From positions 2,752,001-2,816,000 of the forward strand of contig OZ241986.1 of the NCBI GenBank assembly GCA_965204375.1: a stretch of 64,000 nt of DNA. Reading direction: 5' to 3'. The translations under genes were made by a program, and so were the position numbers. This DNA is from Candidatus Latescibacterota bacterium. GTDB lineage: Bacteria; Latescibacterota; UBA2968. Under the pieces are notes generated by a model, which saw only the letters and a list, made by a program, of their open reading frames with translations, was not told the origin of the DNA and made no database searches. The number at the start of each line of letters is the position of its first letter. The first letter of the stretch is position 1. Shown one piece after another: positions 19,293 through 29,900 of this stretch.

Positions 19293-20090
19293 TTACCCCA
19301 CACGCGCACTCAATCCCCCATCAACCGGAAGCAAAACGCCTGTAATATATTTCGCCTCATCCGAAGCGAGAAAAACTGCCGCCGCCGCCACATCCCACGC
19401 CGACCCCATTTTTTGTTCAAGAGGCACCTGTGCAGCGCGCTCCTGGCGAAGCGCATCCCGGTTGACACCCTGATCTTGAACGCGGGATTCAATCGCCATC
19501 GGCGTATCCATCAGACCGGGCAAAATCGCATTCACGCGCACGCCATAAGGCGCGTTCTCAAGCGCGAGATTCTGCGTAAGCGCATTGATCCCCGCCTTGG
19601 CAATCTTGTAAGCAAGCGTCCTGGGGCGAAAACACACAGCCGCCGTAGAAGAAATATTGACAATAACGCCACTTCTCTGCGCACGCATAATGGGCAGCAC
19701 ATATTTACAGGTCAGGAACAGCCCCTTGAGATTAATATCCATAAGACGCTGCCAGTCTTCACCACTCAGGTCAACAGAACCACCGTCGCTCCTCAGCGTA
19801 CCGACATTATTGTGCAAAATATCGATACGCCCGTAGCGCTGGACGCAGGTCTCGGCAATAGCTCGACAATCACCTTCACTTGTAATATCCGCGCCGAGCA
19901 CCGACGCGCTTCCCTTCTCCTGTGCAATCATCCGCGCGGTCTCTTCCGCAGACGCGATATCTCTATCCACCAGAAGCACCTGCGCGCCTGCTCGGGCAAA
20001 ACGGATAGCCGTCGCCCTTCCATTGCCAATCGTCTCGCCCGCCGACTGCCCTGCCCCAACGACAATCGCTATTTTATCTTCAAGCTGCAT
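19293..20090 (-). CDS. SDR family oxidoreductase
   Basis: VVGAG..IGNG, HNNVG, NISS, YKIAK, VNAILPG. Confidence 0.9.
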   Translation of the reverse strand: MQLEDKIAIVVGAGQSAGETIGNGRATAIRFARAGAQVLLVDRDIASAEETARMIAQEKGSASVLGADITSEGDCRAIAETCVQRYGRIDILHNNVGTLRSDGGSVDLSGEDWQRLMDINLKGLFLTCKYVLPIMRAQRSGVIVNISSTAAVCFRPRTLAYKIAKAGINALTQNLALENAPYGVRVNAILPGLMDTPMAIESRVQDQGVNRDALRQERAAQVPLEQKMGSAWDVAAAAVFLASDEAKYITGVLLPVDGGLSARVG

Positions 20091-20165
20091 ATACTCTTAT
20101 CCCCCGGGACTTCAGAGTCAATCATTCGCAGACGATTCCCGGTTTAGCATCGCCACGAAGTGGCG

Positions 20166-21551
20166 GAGATATTGTCAAATGTTGTGGATGGGTTTAGAAC
20201 GCATCCTTTATGATTATGCAGCGATTTTGCGTTCACCATCTACGAATTTCACCCCGTCAATGACGAGGGGTATGAGCTTGTAACCGCGTAATCTGACCCA
20301 TGTTTTTTCAGCTTCAAGAGCCAGTTTATACACCATCGCCATTGTGGCTTTGACCGATCCGCAGCCTTTTGTCTGCCTCGTGCGATGCCTGACGGTAGCA
20401 AAAGTCGATTCAATCGGGTTGGTGGTGCGTAAATGGATCCAGTGTTTGGCAGGAAAATCATAAAAGGTGAAGAGCACCTCAAAATCTTTGGTGAGGCAGT
20501 CACAGGCTTTTTCATAGCGATCCTGATACAGACTCAAGAAGTGGTCATAGACCTTGTGCGCGGCCTCTTTTGTCGGCGACTGATACATATCTTGAAGGAG
20601 TCTCTTGGCATCCGGCTGCACAGATTTGGGTAGCTTATCCAACACATTAGCACTCTTATGCACCCAGCAGCGCTGATGTTTCGTGGCAGGGAATGTCTCT
20701 TCCAATGCGTGCCAGAAGCCCATTGCCCCATCGCCTATGGCAAGAGCAGGGGCAAGGCGCAACCCGCGTGCTTTGACATCCAGTAAGAGGGTTTTCCAAG
20801 ATAAGGTGCTCTCACGCTGTCCCTGCTCTATGGCAAGGACTTCCTTTTTACCTTCTGCTGTGGCACCAATGAGCACGAGAACACAGGGGCGATCATCAGA
20901 CAGGCGTACGTTAAAATAGATACCGTCTGCCCAGATATAGACATAGGCTTTATCGTGCAAGTCGCGCTTTTGCCATTGTTTATACTCGTCTTCCCAAATA
21001 CGCTTTAAGCGCGTGATATTGGCTGGTGAAAGCCCTGGTGCGCCTTTGCCTAAGATCGCTTCGAGTGCTTGTGGGAAGGCCGAGGTAGAGACCCCTTTCA
21101 GATACAGTGTGGGGATCAATGTATCAATGCTCGGACTGCGACGGGCATATTTAGGCAGGATCGCACTGGTGAAGTGCTCCCCGTCTCGACGATCGTGAAC
21201 GCGGGGTTGTTTGACGGGTATTTTACCAATACCAGTGGTGACTTCTCGGGCAGGATGATACCCATTTTTGACCACCTCACGATGACCCTTTTCATCCACC
21301 TGATCAGCAAATCGGGCTATGTATTCATTCACTTCATACCGCAAGGCGGCACATAACATCTTACGCGCACCATTTCTTATGACTTCCTCGAGGCTCTCGG
21401 CCAGTGTATCTTGCACTATGCTTTCCACTTCAAATGGGGTATATTCTTTCACGAGCGTGTCCTTTCTCCCTCCTGGAGGGATTTTAGGTTTTTGTGATAC
21501 TATAGGATACGCTCTTTTCTTTTACTCATCCACAACTTTTGAATATACCTC
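20166..21551 (-). mobile_element. IS256-family insertion sequence, 1386 bp
   Basis: Imperfect terminal IRs (GAGATATTGTCAAATGTTGTGGATG vs GAGGTATATTCAAAAGTTGTGGATG); 9-bp target duplication GAAGTGGCG at 20157-20165 and 21552-21560. Confidence 0.92.
20214..21452 (-). CDS. IS256 (Mutator-type) DDE transposase
   Basis: LYLKGVST, IWADGIY, IGDG, QRCWVHK, RTTNPIESTF. Confidence 0.95.
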   Translation of the reverse strand: MKEYTPFEVESIVQDTLAESLEEVIRNGARKMLCAALRYEVNEYIARFADQVDEKGHREVVKNGYHPAREVTTGIGKIPVKQPRVHDRRDGEHFTSAILPKYARRSPSIDTLIPTLYLKGVSTSAFPQALEAILGKGAPGLSPANITRLKRIWEDEYKQWQKRDLHDKAYVYIWADGIYFNVRLSDDRPCVLVLIGATAEGKKEVLAIEQGQRESTLSWKTLLLDVKARGLRLAPALAIGDGAMGFWHALEETFPATKHQRCWVHKSANVLDKLPKSVQPDAKRLLQDMYQSPTKEAAHKVYDHFLSLYQDRYEKACDCLTKDFEVLFTFYDFPAKHWIHLRTTNPIESTFATVRHRTRQTKGCGSVKATMAMVYKLALEAEKTWVRLRGYKLIPLVIDGVKFVDGERKIAA

Positions 21552-22226
21552 GAAGTGGCGTTCCACCCGGCCAGTCGCCAGCATCGTACCAATGACCAGT
21601 AACCATAGAACAAAGGCCGGCCCACTGAAATGATGCATGCCGATCGTTGCGTCTGTCCATATAAATTGCATGGCGATGCCGATAACCGCAGATGCGGGTG
21701 CGACATATCTGAGCTGACCGCCGACTTTCCACTGGTACCGCGCCGCAAGGACGAGCGCCAACCCAGCTGCCGAGAAGCCGATTTTGCCGGTAAACCATCG
21801 AAGGTATTCGGTCGTCTCTGCCGTGGCAGTCACTTCTGGTGCAATGGCAACAAGCGCGATTGCACACGCCCCGGAAATGATCGTAAAAAGACCAGACACA
21901 GCGAACAGCACCGGCACCAGAGGCGTACCCAATCGCTCCTTGATAATCCATGTTCTCGACAAAAACCACGCACCTGCAACCAGCGCAACGCCCGAGATCA
22001 GCCTGCCAGCACCTCCCGTAGCGTAAAGGCCACCACTCTCTGAAATCGCGACGAGCGACTCAGCAAACGTGGGCTGATCGGCGTCGGCAGCGACTCGTCC
22101 GATAACGGCAACACCTGTAGCGAATGCAGTCAATATCAGAGACAGCCCACCTTTGCGAGCACTGGAATCCAGTGGTCGATCGACTATCGTCTCGGCTGAA
22201 GTTGATGAATGCGATGATTCTTTCAT
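21522..22226 (-). CDS. Membrane protein whose C-terminus was replaced by the IS256 end
   Basis: Multi-TM; SD GAGGAG; removing the IS restores ...VERHF-VAMLNRESSAND* ending at 20118. Confidence 0.75.
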   Translation of the reverse strand: MKESSHSSTSAETIVDRPLDSSARKGGLSLILTAFATGVAVIGRVAADADQPTFAESLVAISESGGLYATGGAGRLISGVALVAGAWFLSRTWIIKERLGTPLVPVLFAVSGLFTIISGACAIALVAIAPEVTATAETTEYLRWFTGKIGFSAAGLALVLAARYQWKVGGQLRYVAPASAVIGIAMQFIWTDATIGMHHFSGPAFVLWLLVIGTMLATGRVERHFEVYSKVVDE

Positions 22227-22258
22227 AATGATACTCCTCTCATGATAACGACCTGTCA

Positions 22259-23497
22259 TCAGCCAGCGACGCGCTCTGCCACGCGCTCTTGCACAACATC
22301 CGACTCCATATTGACAAACGTATTCCCTTCAATAACCGTTCCACGCGCTTCGCGCTCAATCGCAATCCCCACCTTCTGCTTTTCTCCTCCCGAATCCTCA
22401 ATCCGATTATCCCGAATCTCCACATCATACGTCGCACCTCGGATCTCAATCCCATATCCATTCTCGGCAAAACCATTATCGCGGATCACACACGAATGAA
22501 TCGCATTTCTGTGCGCCCCTCGAAACTCGGATAAAGGCGTCCGAAACAAAATGCCCACCTTGTGATTGCCTGCAATCTCGCAATTGACAATGCGGTTATC
22601 CGTATCTCTATGCCCAATTGAAATGCCAAAATCTCGATTTTCCAAACACGCGCAATTCTTCGCCACACCATCCGACACACCCCAGCAAAAGAAAATACCC
22701 TGACTATTGCCCGTTGACCGGCAATTGAGAAACTGCGGCCGCTGCGATCCACTACCCGGATGAAATCCCAGATTGGCATTGTTCTTCGACACACAATTTT
22801 CAAAAACAAAATCATCGCAAACCTGAAAACTGAACCCATCGCCATTGTAATTGCGCGCCGTCACATTCCGAAAGGTATAGCGGTGGCAACGCTGCAAAAA
22901 CACCGCACCTGAATAATTCCCATTAATCTCTTCATTCTCCTCTTTGTTGCCATCCAGAACTATATTCTCAACATTTACATCGCAAACCCCTTCTTCCGCC
23001 GTCAAAATGGGGAAAATCGTCGCCAGCGTCGCCCGTTCATCCAGCCACATATTTTTGTACATGCGCTTGCTAAGCGAAATCACCCGCCCCTCAATCGCCG
23101 TCACAGTATCTTTCACCACCGTCATCCCGGACTTGCCATAAGACCGCAACATCACCCCGCATCCCACGCCAAACCCACGCGCATCCTCAACCTCAACCTG
23201 CGCCTCATACCAATCGGAATCCCGCACCAGAGGGGTAACAACCCCCTCGGCCTTCTTTAGCACCGTCGCACTACCCGACCCGCGCACAGTCAAATTTGGA
23301 TGCAGATAAAGCGCATTCCGCATCGTATATACCCCCGGCAAAATCTGCAAAATACCGCCGCCCAAACGGTGCAAATAATCCGCACCAGCCTGCAAAACCC
23401 GATCATCGCCCCCCTGCAAATCTCCCTCACCCTGCCCTACCGTCAACACCATCTCCCGCCGCTCTGTCATCGGTCGATTAGCAGAAAAATCCGACAT
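22259..23497 (-). CDS. Right-handed parallel beta-helix protein (pectate lyase 3-like)
   Basis: GGGILQILPGVY, IVLDGN, repeated N..G(F/I) beta-helix turns; SD AGGAG. Confidence 0.8.
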   Translation of the reverse strand: MSDFSANRPMTERREMVLTVGQGEGDLQGGDDRVLQAGADYLHRLGGGILQILPGVYTMRNALYLHPNLTVRGSGSATVLKKAEGVVTPLVRDSDWYEAQVEVEDARGFGVGCGVMLRSYGKSGMTVVKDTVTAIEGRVISLSKRMYKNMWLDERATLATIFPILTAEEGVCDVNVENIVLDGNKEENEEINGNYSGAVFLQRCHRYTFRNVTARNYNGDGFSFQVCDDFVFENCVSKNNANLGFHPGSGSQRPQFLNCRSTGNSQGIFFCWGVSDGVAKNCACLENRDFGISIGHRDTDNRIVNCEIAGNHKVGILFRTPLSEFRGAHRNAIHSCVIRDNGFAENGYGIEIRGATYDVEIRDNRIEDSGGEKQKVGIAIEREARGTVIEGNTFVNMESDVVQERVAERVAG

Positions 23498-23577
23498 GTT
23501 GAAGCTCCTCAAATTCATAAGTTATCTCGCACTTGTAAACGCAAAGATAATAATGGATCGCCACGCATCCAAAGATA

Positions 23578-23607
23578 AAAAAATACCCGGCGAGAACCGG
23601 GTATTTT
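23578..23607. terminator. Hairpin terminator
   Basis: AAAATACCCGG-cgagaa-CCGGGTATTTT. Confidence 0.6.
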
Positions 23608-23633
23608 AGCACGTAAAAATAGTCTGAAAGCCT

Positions 23634-24464
23634 TTATGCCTGAGCACTAACCTCATGCACCTTCAAATTCGCATATTCGCCAATCAAAGGTGCCATCTGC
23701 CGAAAACCGATCTTGCCACCACCCAGCAAAGGCCCATACGTCTGACCATCATCAACCCAGTGAAAAATCTTCAAATCGCGAATATAAAAAACAACCTCTG
23801 CACCGCATTTGATCAGCGTAATCGGATATGGCGGTCTGGCATCGACAACAGAAGGCAGGGGATCCGCCCCCTGACAGACCATGTGAAAACCATAACTCTT
23901 GCGCAAATTGCAAACCTGAAAAGCGCGTTCTTTGAGTGCCTTTCGCCGAAAGTACGACACGTGCAACGCATTGATATCGCTACTGTGATACTGCTTGTAT
24001 TCGCCAGCTCGAGGTGCCAATGACGGATCAAATATATCTTCACCCCCTCGCCCCAAAGCAGAAAAAAATAGAATGCACAACCCTGGCTCGCGCACTGGCC
24101 AAAAATCCCACGTCACAGCAATATCCGCTGGAAAATCTTCGGGACACCAAAAAACAAAATTTGCAGCCTGTCCCTCCCCTGGGTCGCGGCGGTTCTCCAT
24201 TCGCATGCGACCATTCGGAAAAGTGATCGCAGCATCTCCTTCCAGCCGAAACCCTTCAATATCTGACGCGGAAGACAGCGGATTGTCATAAATCAATTCG
24301 TCAAATTCAAAATTATCCATAACACCTCTCCTGATGCGTTGACGTATCGGGTTCTTCGCCGCATGAACAGCCTGCCTCAAAAACAGCGGCGCACTGCCAA
24401 AAGATACTGAAAACAACGCCAGCTTGCTGCATTTTATAAACGCCCTGCGAGTCCATTCCATCAT
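23634..24464 (-). CDS. YesU/DUF1961 family protein with an in-frame upstream Tat-like leader; alternative start at 24320
   Basis: NFVFWCPEDFP, PGLCILFF, HVSYFRR, CNLRKS, GGKIGFRQMAP; SDs precede both ATG 24464 and ATG 24320. Confidence 0.75.
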   Translation of the reverse strand: MMEWTRRAFIKCSKLALFSVSFGSAPLFLRQAVHAAKNPIRQRIRRGVMDNFEFDELIYDNPLSSASDIEGFRLEGDAAITFPNGRMRMENRRDPGEGQAANFVFWCPEDFPADIAVTWDFWPVREPGLCILFFSALGRGGEDIFDPSLAPRAGEYKQYHSSDINALHVSYFRRKALKERAFQVCNLRKSYGFHMVCQGADPLPSVVDARPPYPITLIKCGAEVVFYIRDLKIFHWVDDGQTYGPLLGGGKIGFRQMAPLIGEYANLKVHEVSAQA

Positions 24465-24478
24465 TTTAGTCTCCTGTT

Positions 24479-26584
24479 TCACTTTGGAAGCGGGATTTTG
24501 CGAAGCGATTCCCATTCTGTGCTCAGATTGTTTAGCCAGGCTGGAAGGGTTCCCAAACGCAATTCGAGTTGTGCGTCAAAAAGCGATTTGGGTTCAACCG
24601 CTGTACCATTAGATTCGAGAACCTCGAGAGCACTTTCATTAAAGGTAGCGGGATTGCCGTGAAATCCCACAACAATCGGATGCAAAAATCGGAGATATCC
24701 CCGCCCAAAATCATAGTGCGTATCATTGCCCCCATGGTTGAAATTCCAGACCACAAGACGCCTGAGATGGTGTGGCGGAACGCCGGCACCACTGCTGCCA
24801 GACAACCTGCCATTATTAACGCAGTCGTACAGATTGGCATAGCTGGGATCGGTCCTATGGATATCAATTGGCTGTTTTGGACTCATATCAACACGATGGT
24901 ACACAATCCCGGTCGAGCTATGGCTTATGCCTGGGCCATGGAACTGGTTTGAAATATCTTCTGACAACCCAATCCATATCCCGTGACTGTCTTGATTTGT
25001 AAAGCATAAATGACCCGGATTTCCTGCTATTGTAACCTGATGGGCAGTTATGGCTGCACTACGAGTGAAATTTAATCCGTTAGTGGTATTGACGAAAGAG
25101 GTGCGCCGAATCCAGGAATTGACACAGTAGTGGAATTTGAGCAAACTCCAACCCTTAGTTACGAGATGGACAAATTTTTCTGAATACGAGGTGTGAAAGC
25201 TGATGTCTTCAACGCCAACTTCTTCAAGGTGCGGAAAGGAGCGCACATACCAGTTATACGCTATATTAACATCGGTGCGCAGGGGTTCACTGAGGCGAAC
25301 TCGATTGCCCTGAATTTCGGCAATGCTGTGTTCTTCATGTATTGTAATTCCCTCTTTGAAAAGTTTTTGATAATACTTTCCGGTGAGGCTGTTTAGCGAA
25401 CGCGGGGCAAGGAACTCAGTGATTCCTGCTGTGCTCTTGGTATTCATATTTATCGTGATCCACTGACCAACTTTAAGCCGAGAAATGTCTGCTACGGTGA
25501 TCCAAAAGGTTTCTCGATCCGCACTTTCTGTAATACGCGTTAATCCGGAGTATCTTATATCTCTGGGTATGAAAGTGAACATACGTGCGTACCTGGTATT
25601 GGACGTTTGGAGCCGAGGGTTGACCTGTCGGATAACCGTGCCTCCACTTCGGCTTCCGCTTCCTCTGAGAACAATATTGCTGCTGTGGATGTAGATGGGT
25701 TCGTTGTTATCAGCATCGGTATTGACGAGAAATTCACCCGGTGGAAAGAAGATAATGCCACTGCCGTTGGCCTCTGCGGCGGCAATGGCACTTACGATGG
25801 CACGCTGGTCAGACAGATGATCATTGGGGATAGCACCATAACTGGTGACGTCGAATATGGGATGTGTGACATCGGGAATAGGTTTGGTGAAGTAGTGATA
25901 GCCCGCGTAGGAAAAGTCGGATAAAATGGGTTCTGTACCGTTCTCTTTCGCTTCCACAAACTGTCTGTAGGTGGTCGATAGCTGTGGAGAGAGGACACCA
26001 ATTCTCACGGCGATGTTGGCAGTGCCACCCCGCCCATCATCTACTTCCACAGTCACCGAGTAAACGCGCTTCATTGCATAGTTGTAGGTCACATCTGCCT
26101 TCGTCTGAATCTGACCACTGCTTGAGATAATGGTGAACGAATCCGCATCCGGTCCACTCAGGCTATATGTAAGGCTATCGCCATCGGGATCAGTAGCGGA
26201 AACAGGATCGCCGATATTCTGGCCGGATGAGGTGCTCTCATCTACTGAACGTATAACAGGAGAGACAAAGGTAAAGCCCGGTACCCTGTTAGCTGCTGGA
26301 TCAACCTTTTTGCCAAAGCTACTGGCAAAAATCAGAAAATCGGCAATCCCAATTTCGCCATCGCCATTCAGGTCGTACTTTGCATCATACTTCTCTTGAC
26401 CTTCCCCAGACCCAAACGCGCTTACAAATAGCAAAAAGTCGGAAATATCCACAGCCCCACTCCCGTCAAAGTCTGCAGAAGATGCCGTAGCATCTTGTAG
26501 AAACAAGGGTTGACTTAACAGAGCCATGAATATAATTGTAAAGCGCAAGACAAATGTTGAACGTGAGCGAGGTAACTTAGACAT
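24479..26584 (-). CDS. Secreted dockerin-like EF-hand + cadherin + beta-helix (pectate lyase 3/DUF4955-like) putative glycan lyase
   Basis: Signal peptide; DFDGSGAVDISDF and DLNGDGEIGIADF; ATDPDGD..V.V.DG cadherin; DFSYAGY, DVTSYGAIPND, IFFPPGEF; SD AAGGAG. Confidence 0.8.
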   Translation of the reverse strand: MSKLPRSRSTFVLRFTIIFMALLSQPLFLQDATASSADFDGSGAVDISDFLLFVSAFGSGEGQEKYDAKYDLNGDGEIGIADFLIFASSFGKKVDPAANRVPGFTFVSPVIRSVDESTSSGQNIGDPVSATDPDGDSLTYSLSGPDADSFTIISSSGQIQTKADVTYNYAMKRVYSVTVEVDDGRGGTANIAVRIGVLSPQLSTTYRQFVEAKENGTEPILSDFSYAGYHYFTKPIPDVTHPIFDVTSYGAIPNDHLSDQRAIVSAIAAAEANGSGIIFFPPGEFLVNTDADNNEPIYIHSSNIVLRGSGSRSGGTVIRQVNPRLQTSNTRYARMFTFIPRDIRYSGLTRITESADRETFWITVADISRLKVGQWITINMNTKSTAGITEFLAPRSLNSLTGKYYQKLFKEGITIHEEHSIAEIQGNRVRLSEPLRTDVNIAYNWYVRSFPHLEEVGVEDISFHTSYSEKFVHLVTKGWSLLKFHYCVNSWIRRTSFVNTTNGLNFTRSAAITAHQVTIAGNPGHLCFTNQDSHGIWIGLSEDISNQFHGPGISHSSTGIVYHRVDMSPKQPIDIHRTDPSYANLYDCVNNGRLSGSSGAGVPPHHLRRLVVWNFNHGGNDTHYDFGRGYLRFLHPIVVGFHGNPATFNESALEVLESNGTAVEPKSLFDAQLELRLGTLPAWLNNLSTEWESLRKIPLPK

Positions 26585-26699
26585 GTTAAACTCCTTATGA
26601 AAAACGGACATACACCACACATCAAAGGCTATTTTGAGGTATAAATCCACCCTATAACTTTCTGTTCAAGACAGACTCCTTAGTTGCAATGATTATATG

Positions 26700-26715
26700 A
26701 GCAATATATGTACCA
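26700..26715 (-). promoter_or_regulatory. Sigma54 -24/-12 promoter
   Basis: TGGTAC-ATATA-TTGCT, one mismatch to TGGCAC-N5-TTGCW, about 115 bp upstream of the lyase start. Confidence 0.75.
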
Positions 26716-26816
26716 ATGTGAATTACTCTAAACAATTATACTCGTAAGACATTATTTTTTTTGAGAATAAAATTTTATGGAAAATAAAAAAAGCCAGACT
26801 GAATTTTCTATTTCTG

Positions 26817-26920
26817 GATGGTATATCATCCAAAAGATAATCAGACTGACTTGTATGATATTTAATTACAGACAGTTATGACCAAATAGGCGATATATCG
26901 TCTAAAGACGATATATCGCC
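26817..26920. promoter_or_regulatory. Candidate enhancer (UAS) sites; the last two also form a hairpin
   Basis: GATGGTATATCATC (26817), GGCGATATATCGTC (26889), GACGATATATCGCC (26907). Confidence 0.5.
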
Positions 26921-26921
26921 C

Positions 26922-29900
26922 TTATCGGGGACGTTTGATTCCCAGTTTTTTCATTCGGCTGTACAGAGTAGAAGGCGGTAATTCCAACAGAGCCGCTGCT
27001 CCCTTAGCCCCCTTTACCCGCCAGTTGACGGCTTTGAGTACTTTGAGGATATAGAGGCGTTCAAATTCATCCCAGGGCCTGATTTCACGGTCTTGATCTA
27101 ACTCGTGATCGGGAATCGTGCCTTCGATTCGGGAACCATACAGTCCGAGATCATTCACTTCGATTTGAGAACCGTGGCACGCAATTACAGCACGCTGCAT
27201 CGTATGTTCCAGTTCTCGCACATTCCCAGGCCAATGATAGTTTTGCAACACCTCTATAACCTCGGGACTCAGGCGGTCAATGTGCTTGCCCAGATGTGCT
27301 ACCATGCGATTCTTGAAAAATTCGGCCAGATCCGGTATATCCTCCTTGCGCTCGCGCAGAGGCGGCAAATAGAGCGGAAAAGCATTGAGGCGGTAATAGA
27401 GATCCTCGCGGAAATCACCTGTATTGACCATCTCCTTCAGGTTGCGATTCGTCGCTGCCACAATGCGCGTTTGTGCCGTTAGTATCTCGCTGCCCCCAAC
27501 GCGCTCAAATGTGCCCTCTTCCAGCAATCGCAGCAGTCTGGCCTGCGTTTCCAGAGCCATATCGCCGATCTCATCCAGAAAGAGCGTGCCACCTTTGGCC
27601 AGTTCCACTTTGCCCAGCCTGCGAGAAACTGCGCTGGTAAAAGCTCCTTTTTCATGACCAAAGAGTTCACTATCAATCAGGGATTCAGGCAGGGCACCGC
27701 AGTTGACCTGTATAAAAAGCCCATCGCAATAAGCACTCAGCCCATGTAGCGCTCGAGCGGCCAAACCCTTACCCACACCTGTTTCGCCCAGAATCAGCAC
27801 AGTCAGACCGGCGGATGCCACCTCTATGAGTTTGATCTGAAACTCGCGCAGGGCCGCGCTATGACCGATAAATTCGTTGCCTTCCTGACTGTTGAGTGCA
27901 GCCGTCAGTGCTCTAATACGCGGATCCGGTTCTACCGAAAGTTGCACCTGTGACATCTCTGAGTAATTGAGATCGCGATCTACAGCCCTGACCTGGAACG
28001 TGTAGTCTCCCGGCGATAAGTCTCGATAATAGACCCGCATCTCTCGGGTCGCTGGCTGCCAATCGGGGTCGTGCCCCTTTAATCGGTAAACATAGAGCAT
28101 GTCGCTGGGATGGGTGGAAAAACTCATGCCCTTGTACTCAAAAATCACCTGCTGATCCGTCGTAGAGACGATGACTTCTCCCATGTTTTCATAGACCTTA
28201 TTGGCAATAACTTGAATAAGGCGAACGATGGGCGGAATTTGCCGCAGACGGTAGCGCACCAGAGAATTCTGGGCTGTGCCAAACCAAAAAGTCCCATCGC
28301 GGTCTTCGAGTATCTGAAGAACCGGTCCTATGTGCGATGACTTGATCGTCTGGAAAAGCTGACCATCGTAGTGAACCACACCCCCGTCTGTGCCGAGCCA
28401 GAGGTGGCCTTGCGAATCCTCGAACAAGCAACGGATGCGGTTGCTTGGCAAGCCCTCTTCGGTGGTGAAGTTGCGGAACACAACACCATCAAAGCAACTA
28501 AGACCTCTTTGAGTGGCGATCCACAGGTTGCCATGGCGGTCTAATAGCAGGTCGGCGACCCGATTGTCTAACAACCCATCGGCAACAGTATAAAATCTGA
28601 GGCCATCTTCGGGATGCCAGTGAGCGAACCCTTTGTCGCTCACTGCGAAATCCTGGTAGATCAAATGGAAGAATATCTCGCTGTTGCGCCCGACAATCAC
28701 AGTGCCGATACGGCTTAAAGAATCTCCTCCCTCATTTTCCAAAAAAATGGTTTGAAACTGTTCGCCCTGCTGGTAAATGATCTTTAAAGTGCTGGACAAA
28801 AGCTCTTCTCTGTCGCTTATGCTGCCCTTTTCCCAATAACCGAAAAGGAATTGACCTCTGCGGTCCTGGGCAATTGTGCTAATACTCCTTTCGTCCAAAT
28901 CTACATCTATCTTCATTTTTTTCACCTTCTGCCCATCGTAGCGGAATAGGCCGTTGCCGCTGCAGAACCATAGATACCCCTCAAGGTCCTCGTAAATAGC
29001 AAAACAGTTATTGATATGAAGGTCATGCTCAGTGCATAGGAATGCAAAGTGCTCGTCATGGAAACGGACGACGCTTTTGGTCATATTAGTGAGAAGGGGA
29101 GACATATACCCTATCCATATATTACCTTGCCGGTCTTGCACAATCTGCGAGACTTCACTTGCTTTTCTTGATAACCTCGCACTGAGGTCGAAAACGCTGA
29201 TACTATGCTCATCGTAAAGCCCAACGCCGCCCCAGGTGGCAAACCACAACTGATACTCGCGATCCTGGAACACGGCTTTGACCGTGGGATATGGCAGGCC
29301 ATCGGCAAGGGTAAACCTTCTGAACTTATCACCGTCCTGGCATAATACTCCATCTGAGGTGCAGAACCACATCCGCCCTTCGCGGTCACACTGAATTTTG
29401 CGCAGATTACCACCTAAATCTACACGCACTTGATGGAAGGTGCCATCGGCATAGCACCAGAGTCCATCTCGATGTTCATGGCGGCCAATCCACACCTGGC
29501 CGGTATGGTCTCGTCCCATGACATAGCTGCCCCTGTCTTGAGGAAAATTCTCTACTTCTTCATAGCGGTGGAAGGATGTGCCATCAAAGCGGATAAGGTG
29601 GTCAAATCCAAACCAGAGATGACCTTCCATATCCTGGGTGATACCCCAACACTGGTTAGTCCGCTGAGGAGAAGGAAGCTGCTCGTAGTGCTGGAGATAA
29701 AGCGGTATCAGATCGTGGAAAGCAGTGCCATAGTAATATCCCAATGTACGTGTACCACCGCACCATATACGGCCCTCATTATCTTCGTAGATGGCCGTCA
29801 CTATCCGATCTGCAATGCCATTGTCTTCCAAATGGTGGAATGCTGCTCCGTCGTACCAGCAGACCCCATTTAATGTACCAAACCACAACCGATCTTGACT

